Assembly (NCBI GenBank): GCA_043797085.1
Contig: JAZDQA010000001.1
Coordinates: forward strand, 1 to 64,000
Direction: 5' to 3'
DNA from: Pseudomonadota bacterium
GTDB taxonomy: Bacteria > Campylobacterota > Campylobacteria > Campylobacterales > Sulfurimonadaceae
DNA: 64,000 bases
Positions 52,536 through 61,493 of this stretch are shown piece by piece. The notes under the pieces were generated by a model. The model searched no databases. It was not told where the DNA came from and saw only the letters and a list, made by a program, of their open reading frames with translations. Each line of letters opens with the position of its first letter. Position 1 is the first letter of the stretch. A program made the position numbers and the translations under genes.

Positions 52536-53009
52536 ATAGAGTTTTGAGCGCGTTAAAATTCGGTTCGTATTTTGGTGCATCGCATCAATGAAATCACGCT
52601 CATCATTGCACAGGGCAATTTGACTGTTTCGTGAAAGTTCCTCTCCGCTTAATCCGCCTGACACATGACATACAACCCTCTCGTCTATTAAAATCACGGT
52701 ATCATTGAGAGGGCGTGCACGGTAAAGATAAAGATCAACACCGTTGTACGCAACGAGTTGCAATGGGTCATTCGATGAATTTTGAGTAATCAAGGTGAGT
52801 TTAACTCCCTTGGAAACGGATTGAATAAGTTGGCGACGTAATGCAGGATGATTGAGTGATGGGGTAAGTAAAACAATGTGGGTATGCGCTTTTTTGAGAT
52901 AGTTCATCAGTTCATATTCAAAAATGCTCTTTTCATCCGGGAGAAGATACGGAAGTGTTTGTGCGTTCGTAACACTTAATGTCAAAAATAAGAGGAGAAG
53001 TTTTATCAT
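52527..53009 (-). CDS. Exported Nuc/PLD-like protein lacking the HKD motif
   Basis: Signal peptide; PLD-like pattern (LKKA..IVLL...L...KGVKLTLI...VILIDE...N), but HxK is replaced by PLNDT. Confidence 0.5.
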   Translation of the reverse strand: MIKLLLLFLTLSVTNAQTLPYLLPDEKSIFEYELMNYLKKAHTHIVLLTPSLNHPALRRQLIQSVSKGVKLTLITQNSSNDPLQLVAYNGVDLYLYRARPLNDTVILIDERVVCHVSGGLSGEELSRNSQIALCNDERDFIDAMHQNTNRILTRSKLYLK

Positions 53010-53074
53010 TTTATTCTTTTTTGGTTACAATGATACCATTTAGCTGACACAACATCAAGAAGGCAGTATTTGTT

Positions 53075-54445
53075 ATGAGAATCTTATTATTAAATGATAA
53101 TCCAGTTGTACGAAAATTGGTTGCCTTAAGTGCACAAAAAACAAAAGATGATTTGAATGTTATTTGGTCTGTTGATGAGATAGAGCATGATGCGTACGAC
53201 TTGCTGATTGTGGATGATGCGTATTATAGTGATGAGATAATGACTGCATTAGGTGAGCGAATCACCTACAAAACAAGCCTTCTTATGGCAACTCGCGGAA
53301 ATGCAGTTCCTGCGGGCTTTGATAAAGTGATTAACAAACCTTTTTTACCCACCGATTTGGTTGAGCTTTTTGCTAATATTGAAAAATCATTACTATCTAC
53401 GACGGTAAAAGAAGAAGAAAAATCGATCATTTTACCGACGATTGAATTGGATTCAATCTCAGATACTTTTGATGATGAGTTATTGGATTTTGACGATGAA
53501 GCAGATTTCGGTGAAGATAAAATCGAAGATTTGGTTGATATTGAAGCATTAGAAAGTTTTGATGATGACGATTTGCTTGGAGATATGAAAACTAATATTC
53601 TCGATCATGAAGAGGTGCAAGAGCTCCAAGATCTTTTGGATGATGATGAATTGGATGAACTGGATGAACTGGATGATGAAAGCGAGCTTAAAGTTGAAGC
53701 GCTAACGTTTGATGATGAAGAAACAGACGCCAAAGGCGATACGTTTGATGAAGATGAATTCGATGATATTCTCAATGGATTGGGAATGGATGAGAGTGAG
53801 GATGCGCTTAAGCTAGAAGATGATGAGCTTGACGAGGCATTGTTTGACGATTTAATGTTGGATGAGATGGATGTACCTGAAGCAACAGAAATACCAGAAG
53901 AAATACCAGAGAATCTTGAAGATTTATCTTTTATCGATGAGAAAGATGATGTCGAAGAGATCACGAGCGATTTGTTAAGTGATGATGAATTTGATGATCT
54001 TGAACAGCAGATTCAAGATGCGGTGGGTGAATTGGATTTAGAGGATTTGAATTCTACACTGGATGATACCGGCTTAGAGGATTTTGGACTGGATGATTTG
54101 AGCTCTTTTGATGAAATTTATGACCTAGACGGTATTGATGAACGTGAGATAAAGCTCGCGATCGGAGAGAGTGTCGAAGAAGAGTTAAGCGTTCGAGTAG
54201 GTGCGGGAGAACATTCTTCATTAGATGCTGAAGCCCTCAGTGAAGCTATGGGCAAACCATCAAAAAGCATGGAGGTCAACAGTTCCGCTTTGTCAACTGC
54301 TTGCGAAACAGAGAAAAAAAGCTCTTCGTCTGAAGGGATGGAAGCGTTACAAGCTCTTTTAAAAGCACTTTCTAATGATGATGTTGCTGCATCGCTCAAA
54401 GGGCTTAATATTAGCATCAATATCAATTTCGGGAATGAGAAGTGA
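53075..54445 (+). CDS. Highly acidic protein with N-terminal receiver-like domain
   Basis: MRILLLNDNPVVRKLV...LLIVDD...INKPF, followed by ~250 aa of D/E-rich low-complexity sequence; upstream of gmk. Confidence 0.8.
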   Translation: MRILLLNDNPVVRKLVALSAQKTKDDLNVIWSVDEIEHDAYDLLIVDDAYYSDEIMTALGERITYKTSLLMATRGNAVPAGFDKVINKPFLPTDLVELFANIEKSLLSTTVKEEEKSIILPTIELDSISDTFDDELLDFDDEADFGEDKIEDLVDIEALESFDDDDLLGDMKTNILDHEEVQELQDLLDDDELDELDELDDESELKVEALTFDDEETDAKGDTFDEDEFDDILNGLGMDESEDALKLEDDELDEALFDDLMLDEMDVPEATEIPEEIPENLEDLSFIDEKDDVEEITSDLLSDDEFDDLEQQIQDAVGELDLEDLNSTLDDTGLEDFGLDDLSSFDEIYDLDGIDEREIKLAIGESVEEELSVRVGAGEHSSLDAEALSEAMGKPSKSMEVNSSALSTACETEKKSSSSEGMEALQALLKALSNDDVAASLKGLNISININFGNEK

Positions 54446-55059
54446 ATCAAAAAAGTGGCGCAATTTTAGTCCTTTCCGGTCCTAGTGGGGCAGGAAAGAG
54501 TTCATTAATCAATAAAATATTTGATGATATTGGTTCTACTTATTTTTCCATATCTACGACGACGCGTGCTAAACGAGAAGGGGAAATGGATGGTGTTCAT
54601 TATCATTTTGTCTCCCAAGAAGAATTTAAACGAGAAATAGACGAAGAGATGTTTTTAGAATACGCACTGGTACATGGAAACTATTATGGAACGTCGTTAG
54701 GACCTGTCAAAAAAGCTCTTAAAGAGGGGAAGTTAGTCATTTTTGACATTGATGTTCAAGGGCATGATGCGGTACAAAATCGTTTGGCTGATATTACGAC
54801 ATCGGTATTTATTACAACGCCTACTTTGGAAGAGCTCAAAAAACGCCTTTTAAACCGTTCTACAGACAGTGCGGAAATTATTGCCAAACGTCTTGATATG
54901 GCGACGCGTGAAGTACAGCGGATCAGTGAATATGATTTTTTAATTGTCAATGATGATTTGGATGCAGCGGCTGAGGTACTCATCTCGATTGCTAAAGCGG
55001 CACGAATGAAAATCCCGACACAGCAAATAAATGAATTTGTCCAAATGTGGACATTATAA
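54442..55059 (+). CDS. gmk: Guanylate kinase
   Basis: SGPSGAGKS, TTRAKREGE.DGVHYHF, NYYGT. Confidence 0.96.
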   Translation: MNQKSGAILVLSGPSGAGKSSLINKIFDDIGSTYFSISTTTRAKREGEMDGVHYHFVSQEEFKREIDEEMFLEYALVHGNYYGTSLGPVKKALKEGKLVIFDIDVQGHDAVQNRLADITTSVFITTPTLEELKKRLLNRSTDSAEIIAKRLDMATREVQRISEYDFLIVNDDLDAAAEVLISIAKAARMKIPTQQINEFVQMWTL

Positions 55060-55140
55060 GACTCAAAAAAGTATAAGGGTCATTACAGCAATGAGCCGTT
55101 ATACTATCTCATTAAATTTTCTAAAAAAGGAATTCATAAT

Positions 55141-55383
55141 ATGGGCATGCCTAGCGGAACTGAATTATTATTAATTTTCGGAATTATTGTTTTACTTTTC
55201 GGTGCGAAAAAGATACCGGATTTAGCTAAAGGGTTGGGACAAGGGATCCGTAATTTCAAAAAAGAGATGAAAGAAGACAAAGTCGAAGAAGCAGAAGCTA
55301 CTATCGTAGAAGCTCCAAAACAAGTTCAAACGCCTACAGCTACTATCGTAGAAGCTCCAAGCGAAACTACAAAACAAGCGTAA
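55141..55383 (+). CDS. tatA: Twin-arginine translocase TatA/E
   Basis: [23 protein letters not shown]. Confidence 0.95.
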   Translation: MGMPSGTELLLIFGIIVLLFGAKKIPDLAKGLGQGIRNFKKEMKEDKVEEAEATIVEAPKQVQTPTATIVEAPSETTKQA

Positions 55384-55386
55384 GTT

Positions 55387-56967
55387 TTGAAACAAAGAGT
55401 CAGCGCGCTTTTGCGCGATAAATTTAATTGTGATGTAATCCTCGAAAAACCGAAAGATCGTTCTTTCGGACATTTTTCTACTCCCATTGCCTTTTCACTT
55501 TCTAAAGAATTACGAAAATCACCTATGATTATTGCTGAAGAGATTGCTAATTCTTTTGGAGAGCATGAGATGTTTAGTGCGGTCGAATCGGTCAAGGGAT
55601 ACATTAATTTTCGTCTCTCTGAGGCGTTTTTAGATGAGTATGCTTCTTGGGCGCTTTCGCATGATAAACAATTTGGCAGTGATGATAAAAAAGGGACAAT
55701 TCTGCTCGAATTTGTAAGTGCAAATCCGACAGGACCTCTTCATATCGGGCATGCACGCGGTGCGGTGTACGGCGATACACTGCTTCGTCTCGGTCGCCAT
55801 TTGGGTTACGATATTACGGCTGAATATTACGTTAATGATGCCGGAAATCAGATCGATTTGCTAGGGGTTTCGCTTCAGCTCGAAGGGCGCAACGCGTTAC
55901 TGGGCGAAGAGGTCGAATGGCCTGAAAAATACTATCGAGGCGACTATCTCAGTGATCTTGCCCGTGAAGTATTGGAACAGTTCGGCGAAGAAGCTTTGCG
56001 GGATGAAAGTCGTCAAAAAGAGCTTGCGTTGTGGGCAAAAGATAAAATCTTAGCCCTTATTGTCAATGATTTAAAGACGATTAACGTCCATTTCGATACG
56101 TTTGTCGGTGAAGCATCCTTGTACGGCGAATGGGATCGTGTTATGGCAAAAATGGGAGATGGCGTTTATCAAAATGAGGGTAAAACCTTTATCCACTCTT
56201 CCGATTTCGGTGATGATCATGACCGTGTTGTCGTACGCGATGACGGTCGTCCTACCTATTTGGCAGGGGACATTATCTACCATAATCAAAAATTTGAGCG
56301 TGGTTATGAGGACTATATCAATATTTGGGGAGCCGATCACCACGGTTATATCGCGCGTGTCAAAGCGGCGGTGAGCTTTTTAGGGTATGATCCTGAAAAA
56401 CTCGAAGTACAGCTTTCCCAAATGGTCAGTCTCCTCAAAGACGGTGAACCGTTCAAGATGTCCAAGCGTGCAGGAACCGTTATTCAAATGAATGATGTAG
56501 TCGAAGAAATCGGTGCGGATGCCTTGCGTTTTATGTTTGCAAGCAAAAAATGCGATACCGCGTTAGAGTTTGACATTGAAGAGCTCAAGCGCACAGACAG
56601 TTCAAATCCTGTTTATTACGTTCAATACGCCCATGCCCGTATCCAAACACTTGTTGCCAAAAGTGAGATGAGTTTAGACGATATTATGAATTCTCGTCTT
56701 ATTGGATTAAGTGCGGATGCGGATGGACTGTTGTTCGAAGCACTGTTGTTGCCGGAAATTATCGAGGATGCCTTCGAATCGCGTCAAGCGCAAAAACTTC
56801 CCGATTACCTCAAAGCTCTTGCTGCAAAATTGCATAAATTTTATTATGATACCCGCGTGATTGGCACTGAAGACGAAGCGAAATTGCTTAAACTTCTTCT
56901 CGTTGTTGCCCTTTCTCTCAAAACAGGACTTTCCCTTCTAGGAATCGAAGCCAAAGACCGGATGTAG
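55387..56967 (+). CDS. argS: Arginine--tRNA ligase
   Basis: EFVSANPTGPLHIGH, WGADHHGY, KMSKRAG, YVQYAHAR; TTG start. Confidence 0.97.
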   Translation: MKQRVSALLRDKFNCDVILEKPKDRSFGHFSTPIAFSLSKELRKSPMIIAEEIANSFGEHEMFSAVESVKGYINFRLSEAFLDEYASWALSHDKQFGSDDKKGTILLEFVSANPTGPLHIGHARGAVYGDTLLRLGRHLGYDITAEYYVNDAGNQIDLLGVSLQLEGRNALLGEEVEWPEKYYRGDYLSDLAREVLEQFGEEALRDESRQKELALWAKDKILALIVNDLKTINVHFDTFVGEASLYGEWDRVMAKMGDGVYQNEGKTFIHSSDFGDDHDRVVVRDDGRPTYLAGDIIYHNQKFERGYEDYINIWGADHHGYIARVKAAVSFLGYDPEKLEVQLSQMVSLLKDGEPFKMSKRAGTVIQMNDVVEEIGADALRFMFASKKCDTALEFDIEELKRTDSSNPVYYVQYAHARIQTLVAKSEMSLDDIMNSRLIGLSADADGLLFEALLLPEIIEDAFESRQAQKLPDYLKALAAKLHKFYYDTRVIGTEDEAKLLKLLLVVALSLKTGLSLLGIEAKDRM

Positions 56968-56968
56968 T

Positions 56969-56998
56969 TTTGCCATATCCTATCGGGTATGACGAGAA
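56969..56998. terminator. Hairpin between convergent argS and the short flagellin gene
   Basis: CATATCC-tatc-GGGTATG stem, ending in ATGACGAGAA. Confidence 0.45.
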
Positions 56999-57001
56999 AA
57001 A

Positions 57002-57736
57002 TTACCCCAATAATTGTGCAATATTTTGACGTAATACGTCATTTTGATGGGCAATACTAATTTGGGAAACATCCAGTTTTAGGGTGCTTTGCTGAAATTC
57101 TTGGATTGCTTTTGCCATATCGGTATCGGCAATTTGACTGCGTGCGGCAGAAGCTGCGGTAATCTGAGCAAGCAATGTATTGGTTGTGCTGATAAGCCCA
57201 TTACTCATAGAACCTACATCGCTTTGTGTCTGAGATACACTTTGAGCATATTTGGAAATACTCTCTTGATTATCAATAGCAAGTGTATTGGTTGACATAT
57301 CTCCCAATGAAATACTGGATGAACCAAAGGTATGGGTTGTATTAAATAAGCCTTGACCATTGTAACTCGTACTTTGAATGGATTGGTTCATCGATTCTAA
57401 GGTTCGATTGAATTCTCCGGCGAGTCCTTGCTTTTGACTTTCGTTGAGTGAAGCGCTGTTGTAACGAACGCTTAAATCGCTGAGTGTCTGAGTTTGTTCG
57501 CTGAGAGAGTTTAATGTGCCGTCGGCAACTTGCATCATCGAGATAGAATCATTGGTGTTTATAAGCTCTTGAGAAAAAGTACTAATATCGCTTTGCATCA
57601 GGGAAGCAATGACAGCTAAAGCGCTATCATCAATCTTAACTTCAGCACCAGTTGCAATTTTTTCGAGAGTTTTATCCCGCTTATTGATTTCCGTACTCAT
57701 TTGAGAGAACGATTGGTATTGTGAATTGAGTTGCAT
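57002..57736 (-). CDS. Short flagellin-like protein (FlaC-like, D0/D1 only)
   Basis: LEKIATG, NTNDSISMMQVADG, TSYNGQGL, SQIADTDMAK, IAQLLG; ATG 57736 after AGGAG. Confidence 0.8.
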   Translation of the reverse strand: MQLNSQYQSFSQMSTEINKRDKTLEKIATGAEVKIDDSALAVIASLMQSDISTFSQELINTNDSISMMQVADGTLNSLSEQTQTLSDLSVRYNSASLNESQKQGLAGEFNRTLESMNQSIQSTSYNGQGLFNTTHTFGSSSISLGDMSTNTLAIDNQESISKYAQSVSQTQSDVGSMSNGLISTTNTLLAQITAASAARSQIADTDMAKAIQEFQQSTLKLDVSQISIAHQNDVLRQNIAQLLG

Positions 57737-57846
57737 AGGTAACTCCTTTTCTGACACAGCTATATCTACAATAGAATACCACGTAATGTTTTAATAATTT
57801 ATAAGTGCTGCGTTATAATTTTAGTATGAAGTAACAGGAGTTGACA

Positions 57847-58725
57847 ATGGTTAAAGTAGCCGCAATACAAATGCAAATGGGTGAAGATAAAACAGCTAAT
57901 ATTGTTAAAGCCGAAAGAATGGTTCGAGAAGCTTTTAAAAATGGTGCACAGATTATTTTATTACCGGAATTATTTGAAGGGTATTATTTTTGCAAAGATA
58001 TGGACAAAAAGTATTTTTCGTGGGCGCAGGAGCGTGAAGGACATCCAATGATCGCACGTTTTAGTGCATTGGCTCGCGAGCTTGGTGTCGTGTTACCCGT
58101 TAGCTATTTTGAACGTGACGGTGAGCGTTATTTTAATTCACTGGTGATGATCGATGCAGATGGAACAGTGATGGAAAATTATCGTAAAACCCATATTCCT
58201 GATGGTCCGGGATACGAGGAAAAATTTTATTTTGAACCCGGTGATACGGGATTTAAAGTGTGGGAAACTCGTTACGGCAATGTTGGTGTGGGAATCTGCT
58301 GGGATCAATGGTTTCCCGAAACGGCGCGTTCTCTTACTCTCATGGGTGCGGATATGATTTTCTATCCAACGGCAATCGGAAGCGAGCCTGAAATCGGGGT
58401 TGATTCGGCATCGCATTGGCAGAGAGTACAGATGGGACACTCTGCTGCGAATATTATCCCCGTTATAGCCGCTAACCGCATCGGTGAGGAGGTCGGCGAG
58501 AGTTGTACTCTGACTTTTTACGGCAGTTCGTTTATCACCGATCACACGGGAGAAAAAATAGCAGAAGCATCCCGCAATAAAGAAGAGATTTTGTACAGCG
58601 ATTTTGACCCCGTATCCATCCGCGAACACCGTCACTATTGGGGACTGATTCGTGATCGCCAACCTGAGTGTTATGGAGAAATCATAAAAAATAGTGAAAA
58701 TTTATATAAAAACAATATTAGTTAA
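57847..58725 (+). CDS. aguB: N-carbamoylputrescine amidase (nitrilase superfamily)
   Basis: LPELF, YRKTHIPDGPGYEEKFYF, ICWDQWFPE, YPTAIGSEP. Confidence 0.9.
   Translation: MVKVAAIQMQMGEDKTANIVKAERMVREAFKNGAQIILLPELFEGYYFCKDMDKKYFSWAQEREGHPMIARFSALARELGVVLPVSYFERDGERYFNSLVMIDADGTVMENYRKTHIPDGPGYEEKFYFEPGDTGFKVWETRYGNVGVGICWDQWFPETARSLTLMGADMIFYPTAIGSEPEIGVDSASHWQRVQMGHSAANIIPVIAANRIGEEVGESCTLTFYGSSFITDHTGEKIAEASRNKEEILYSDFDPVSIREHRHYWGLIRDRQPECYGEIIKNSENLYKNNIS
58587..58689 (+). repeat. Direct repeat copy 1 (aguB 3' segment)
   Basis: About 103 bp, roughly 10 mismatches against 60539-60641. Confidence 0.9.
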
Positions 58726-58799
58726 AAATAATGTTTAATTTAATATTATTTTAACTTTATTGTGAAATAATAACATGAAAATATCCAAAAGGATTTCTC

Positions 58800-59300
58800 A
58801 TGAAAAAAATACTTACGGTGTTGCTGATCAGTTTTTCAGTTGCTTTCTTACTTTCAGGCTGTCGTGTTACTACGATTGAACAGGCAATTATGGCGGCAGA
58901 GTCGAACGGAAGTATCCCAAAACTCAATCATGATAACACGATAACGGGACCTGATAAAGATAATAACGGTATCCGTGATGACATCGATGCGTATATCGCT
59001 ACACTTCCATATACCGAAGTGCAAAAGAAAGCGGTGAAACAACATGCAAAAGCTTTATCTACGTCACTCACGGTAGATACGACAGATAAGACGGCATTGC
59101 TAAAAGTAGCTGATGACATGTCGCGTGCCTCTGAGTGTGTATATAAAAAACTTACAGACAGCACGCCTTCAAAGATAAAAAGTGATAACGAGAAGATGAT
59201 TGTAAATACAAAAAATCGTTTTTTACAATATGAGAAATTTAATTCGGCACTTAGCGGAGGCGTTTTTGCTTCTCCAGTAGGAGACGGCTGTGACAATTAA
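58800..59300 (+). CDS. Hypothetical lipoprotein
   Basis: Lipobox LLSGC; Ca-binding-like DKDNNGIRDD motif; AAGGA RBS. Confidence 0.75.
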   Translation: MKKILTVLLISFSVAFLLSGCRVTTIEQAIMAAESNGSIPKLNHDNTITGPDKDNNGIRDDIDAYIATLPYTEVQKKAVKQHAKALSTSLTVDTTDKTALLKVADDMSRASECVYKKLTDSTPSKIKSDNEKMIVNTKNRFLQYEKFNSALSGGVFASPVGDGCDN

Positions 59301-60522
59301 AACATTATTGATTTTACTCATTGTAATTTTTATACAGCTACCAGCCTATGCTATCTGTAGTAAAAGTTATACAGTTGGATTTTTTAACGGTGTGTGGAAC
59401 ACCTATGATCAAGCAACAACTGGACGTAGTGAGTTAAAAAAACTCATTGGAGACACTTACAACAACGAACCCGTAAAATACGAAGCATTCTACAACCATA
59501 CAGGTGATAGTGTGGGCTCAAATGGGCTACAAGACCTCGCCGAAACGTTTATCCAGCGTGCCAATGAGATTGATAAATCAGGACAGATGGGAAAACGGTT
59601 TGAGTATTTTTGGGAGTTTTTGGGTTCATCTGAACCGACGTTTCTCGATAAACTCGCAGGATTTCTCCCGAATGCTGCCAGTTTGTTTGATTCGGTTTAT
59701 ACAGCAATGACCACTAAACTGGTTTCTATCATCTCATTTTTTCTAAGTAATCCTCCGACCGAAGCCGATTATGCCGCTCATAATGCTAGACTCGATGCTC
59801 TTGCTACGGATGGAGAAAAACTGATGCTGGTTGGTCATTCACAGGGAAATCTGTTTATGAATCATGCGTACGATCATATTCTGCCGATTGTAACCAAAGA
59901 GCGTGTTGTGGCAGCGCATATCGCTCCTGCTTCTCCGACACTGCGCGGAGATTATGTGTTGGCTAATATTGATGCAGTCATCAATCTCATGCGCGTTCAA
60001 GGGATTACTTCAGTGCCGGAAAATAATCTACCTATTCCTTTTTCCAGCACCGATGTAACTGGGCATACCCTTATCGGTACTTATCTCGATGGAACACGTG
60101 CGGGACGAGCGACCATTAAGACAATGATTGAATCGGCAATGGAGAAGTTGAGATGTACTGCCAAGTATTTTAGATGGATAGGATATATGTGTCCATCAAC
60201 AAGCGATACTGACTTAGAAGTGTATATTTATGGATCACAAGCTAATGGAAATGGTGTAATACAGACTGAATTGGTTGCGAGTGATTCAAAAATTCGTATA
60301 CCTCTAAACGTACAAGGACAATGTCCAATACAAGGATGGGATTATCGTACAAACGTTAGCAGCTATGATAAAAATGGTTGTTCAGCGTATACATTTGATG
60401 ATACATCAGGAGGTTACCATACACTTGATTATATTGCAGGACAGACGTATGAGAATGGGGCTACCTGTACACAGTATAAGCTCTCTGCAGGCGTTTATAG
60501 TACCTTAAAAGCTTTAGAATAA
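59290..60522 (+). CDS. Secreted alpha/beta-hydrolase-like protein
   Basis: Signal peptide ending AYA; GHSQG nucleophile elbow; Cys-containing C-terminal region. Confidence 0.7.
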   Translation: MTIKTLLILLIVIFIQLPAYAICSKSYTVGFFNGVWNTYDQATTGRSELKKLIGDTYNNEPVKYEAFYNHTGDSVGSNGLQDLAETFIQRANEIDKSGQMGKRFEYFWEFLGSSEPTFLDKLAGFLPNAASLFDSVYTAMTTKLVSIISFFLSNPPTEADYAAHNARLDALATDGEKLMLVGHSQGNLFMNHAYDHILPIVTKERVVAAHIAPASPTLRGDYVLANIDAVINLMRVQGITSVPENNLPIPFSSTDVTGHTLIGTYLDGTRAGRATIKTMIESAMEKLRCTAKYFRWIGYMCPSTSDTDLEVYIYGSQANGNGVIQTELVASDSKIRIPLNVQGQCPIQGWDYRTNVSSYDKNGCSAYTFDDTSGGYHTLDYIAGQTYENGATCTQYKLSAGVYSTLKALE

Positions 60523-60538
60523 AGAAAGAGGCAAGACC

Positions 60539-60647
60539 GATTTTACACAGCGATTTTGACCTCGTATCCATCCGCGAACACCGTCACTATTGGGGACTGG
60601 TTCGCGATCGCCGTCCTGAGTGTTATGGAGAGATAGTAAAACAGTAA
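60539..60647 (+). pseudogene. Displaced aguB 3' end (direct repeat copy 2)
   Basis: From 60540 reads ILHSDFDLVSIREHRHYWGLVRDRRPECYGEIVKQ*, with no start. Confidence 0.85.
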
Positions 60648-60648
60648 A

Positions 60649-60665
60649 TGGAACTCTTTTTGCTT
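60649..60665 (+). promoter_or_regulatory. Sigma54 promoter for the J-domain gene
   Basis: TGGAACTCTTTTTGCTT (GG-N10-GC); 16 nt identical to the box upstream of fliD. Confidence 0.7.
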
Positions 60666-60698
60666 AGTTAATGTAATACTATCGCAACGGGGGTATCC

Positions 60699-61487
60699 GT
60701 GAGAGTCGTTTTACGCAACAATGCTATTTTCGTTCACGGGAGTTCCAATACCCTCGAAGAGCCGTGGATGGAAGAGTTTTTTGATCATCACATACACAAT
60801 ACCCTCTTTTTAGACAATGGGATTTTGGTTCTTAATAATGAAAACTCATCCGAACAAAAAAAAGATTTTCTCGATTCTTTAACCGATCGTTATACCACTG
60901 CTAATGACCTTTCCAGTCCATTTTATCGTCGATCACTTCGTAAATGTAAAAGTGCCGCAGTTCGCATCGAAATACCCTACAAAAAAGCTGAAAGAGTGGA
61001 TGTAGAGCTTTATGCGTTTGGTCCAAGTCGAGTAAAAATAACGTTTTTGAGTGATAATCGCTGGGTGATGCGCTATCTCAAGCAGCAGCTTTCTTCTTTG
61101 GTTATGAGCAGCACTTCCAACCAAATTTACATTGATGTCTCAACTCTAAGTGCTAAATCACGTTTAGAAAAAGCGCTTAACCGACGCGAAGTTCTCCATT
61201 ATGTGATCAATTACCGGTATGATGATGGATTTATGAGTAAGCTTTACGGACACTATACCCCTTGGGGATTTGGGAATGATGATATTGACAAGATGATTCG
61301 TTATCATGCGATTTTTGAACTTCCTATGGGAAGCAAGCCTGATGATTTAAAACAGCGTTATCGGCAGTTAGCAAAGCGATATCATCCCGACCGTGTCCAC
61401 ACAAAAAGCCCTGAAGTGATTAACAAGTATACGGAAAAATTTAAACTTCTTCAAGAAGCGTATGATGCATTAAAGGCAGCGAGTTAG
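60699..61487 (+). CDS. Protein with C-terminal DnaJ (J) domain
   Basis: LKQRYRQLAKRYHPDR...FKLLQEAYDAL; GTG start after GGGGG. Confidence 0.85.
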   Translation: MRVVLRNNAIFVHGSSNTLEEPWMEEFFDHHIHNTLFLDNGILVLNNENSSEQKKDFLDSLTDRYTTANDLSSPFYRRSLRKCKSAAVRIEIPYKKAERVDVELYAFGPSRVKITFLSDNRWVMRYLKQQLSSLVMSSTSNQIYIDVSTLSAKSRLEKALNRREVLHYVINYRYDDGFMSKLYGHYTPWGFGNDDIDKMIRYHAIFELPMGSKPDDLKQRYRQLAKRYHPDRVHTKSPEVINKYTEKFKLLQEAYDALKAAS

Positions 61488-61493
61488 CCTTGC

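Noticed and set aside
53605..54450. Ser-rich minus-strand ORFs
   Set aside because: Reverse complement of Asp/Glu codons in the acidic protein.
55296..55360. 23 bp direct repeat pair as a mini CRISPR
   Set aside because: Only two units with a 19 nt spacer, in frame inside tatA, and no cas genes.
58138..59296. Minus-strand ORFs of 174 and 122 aa
   Set aside because: Antisense to aguB and the islet lipoprotein; no independent coding evidence.
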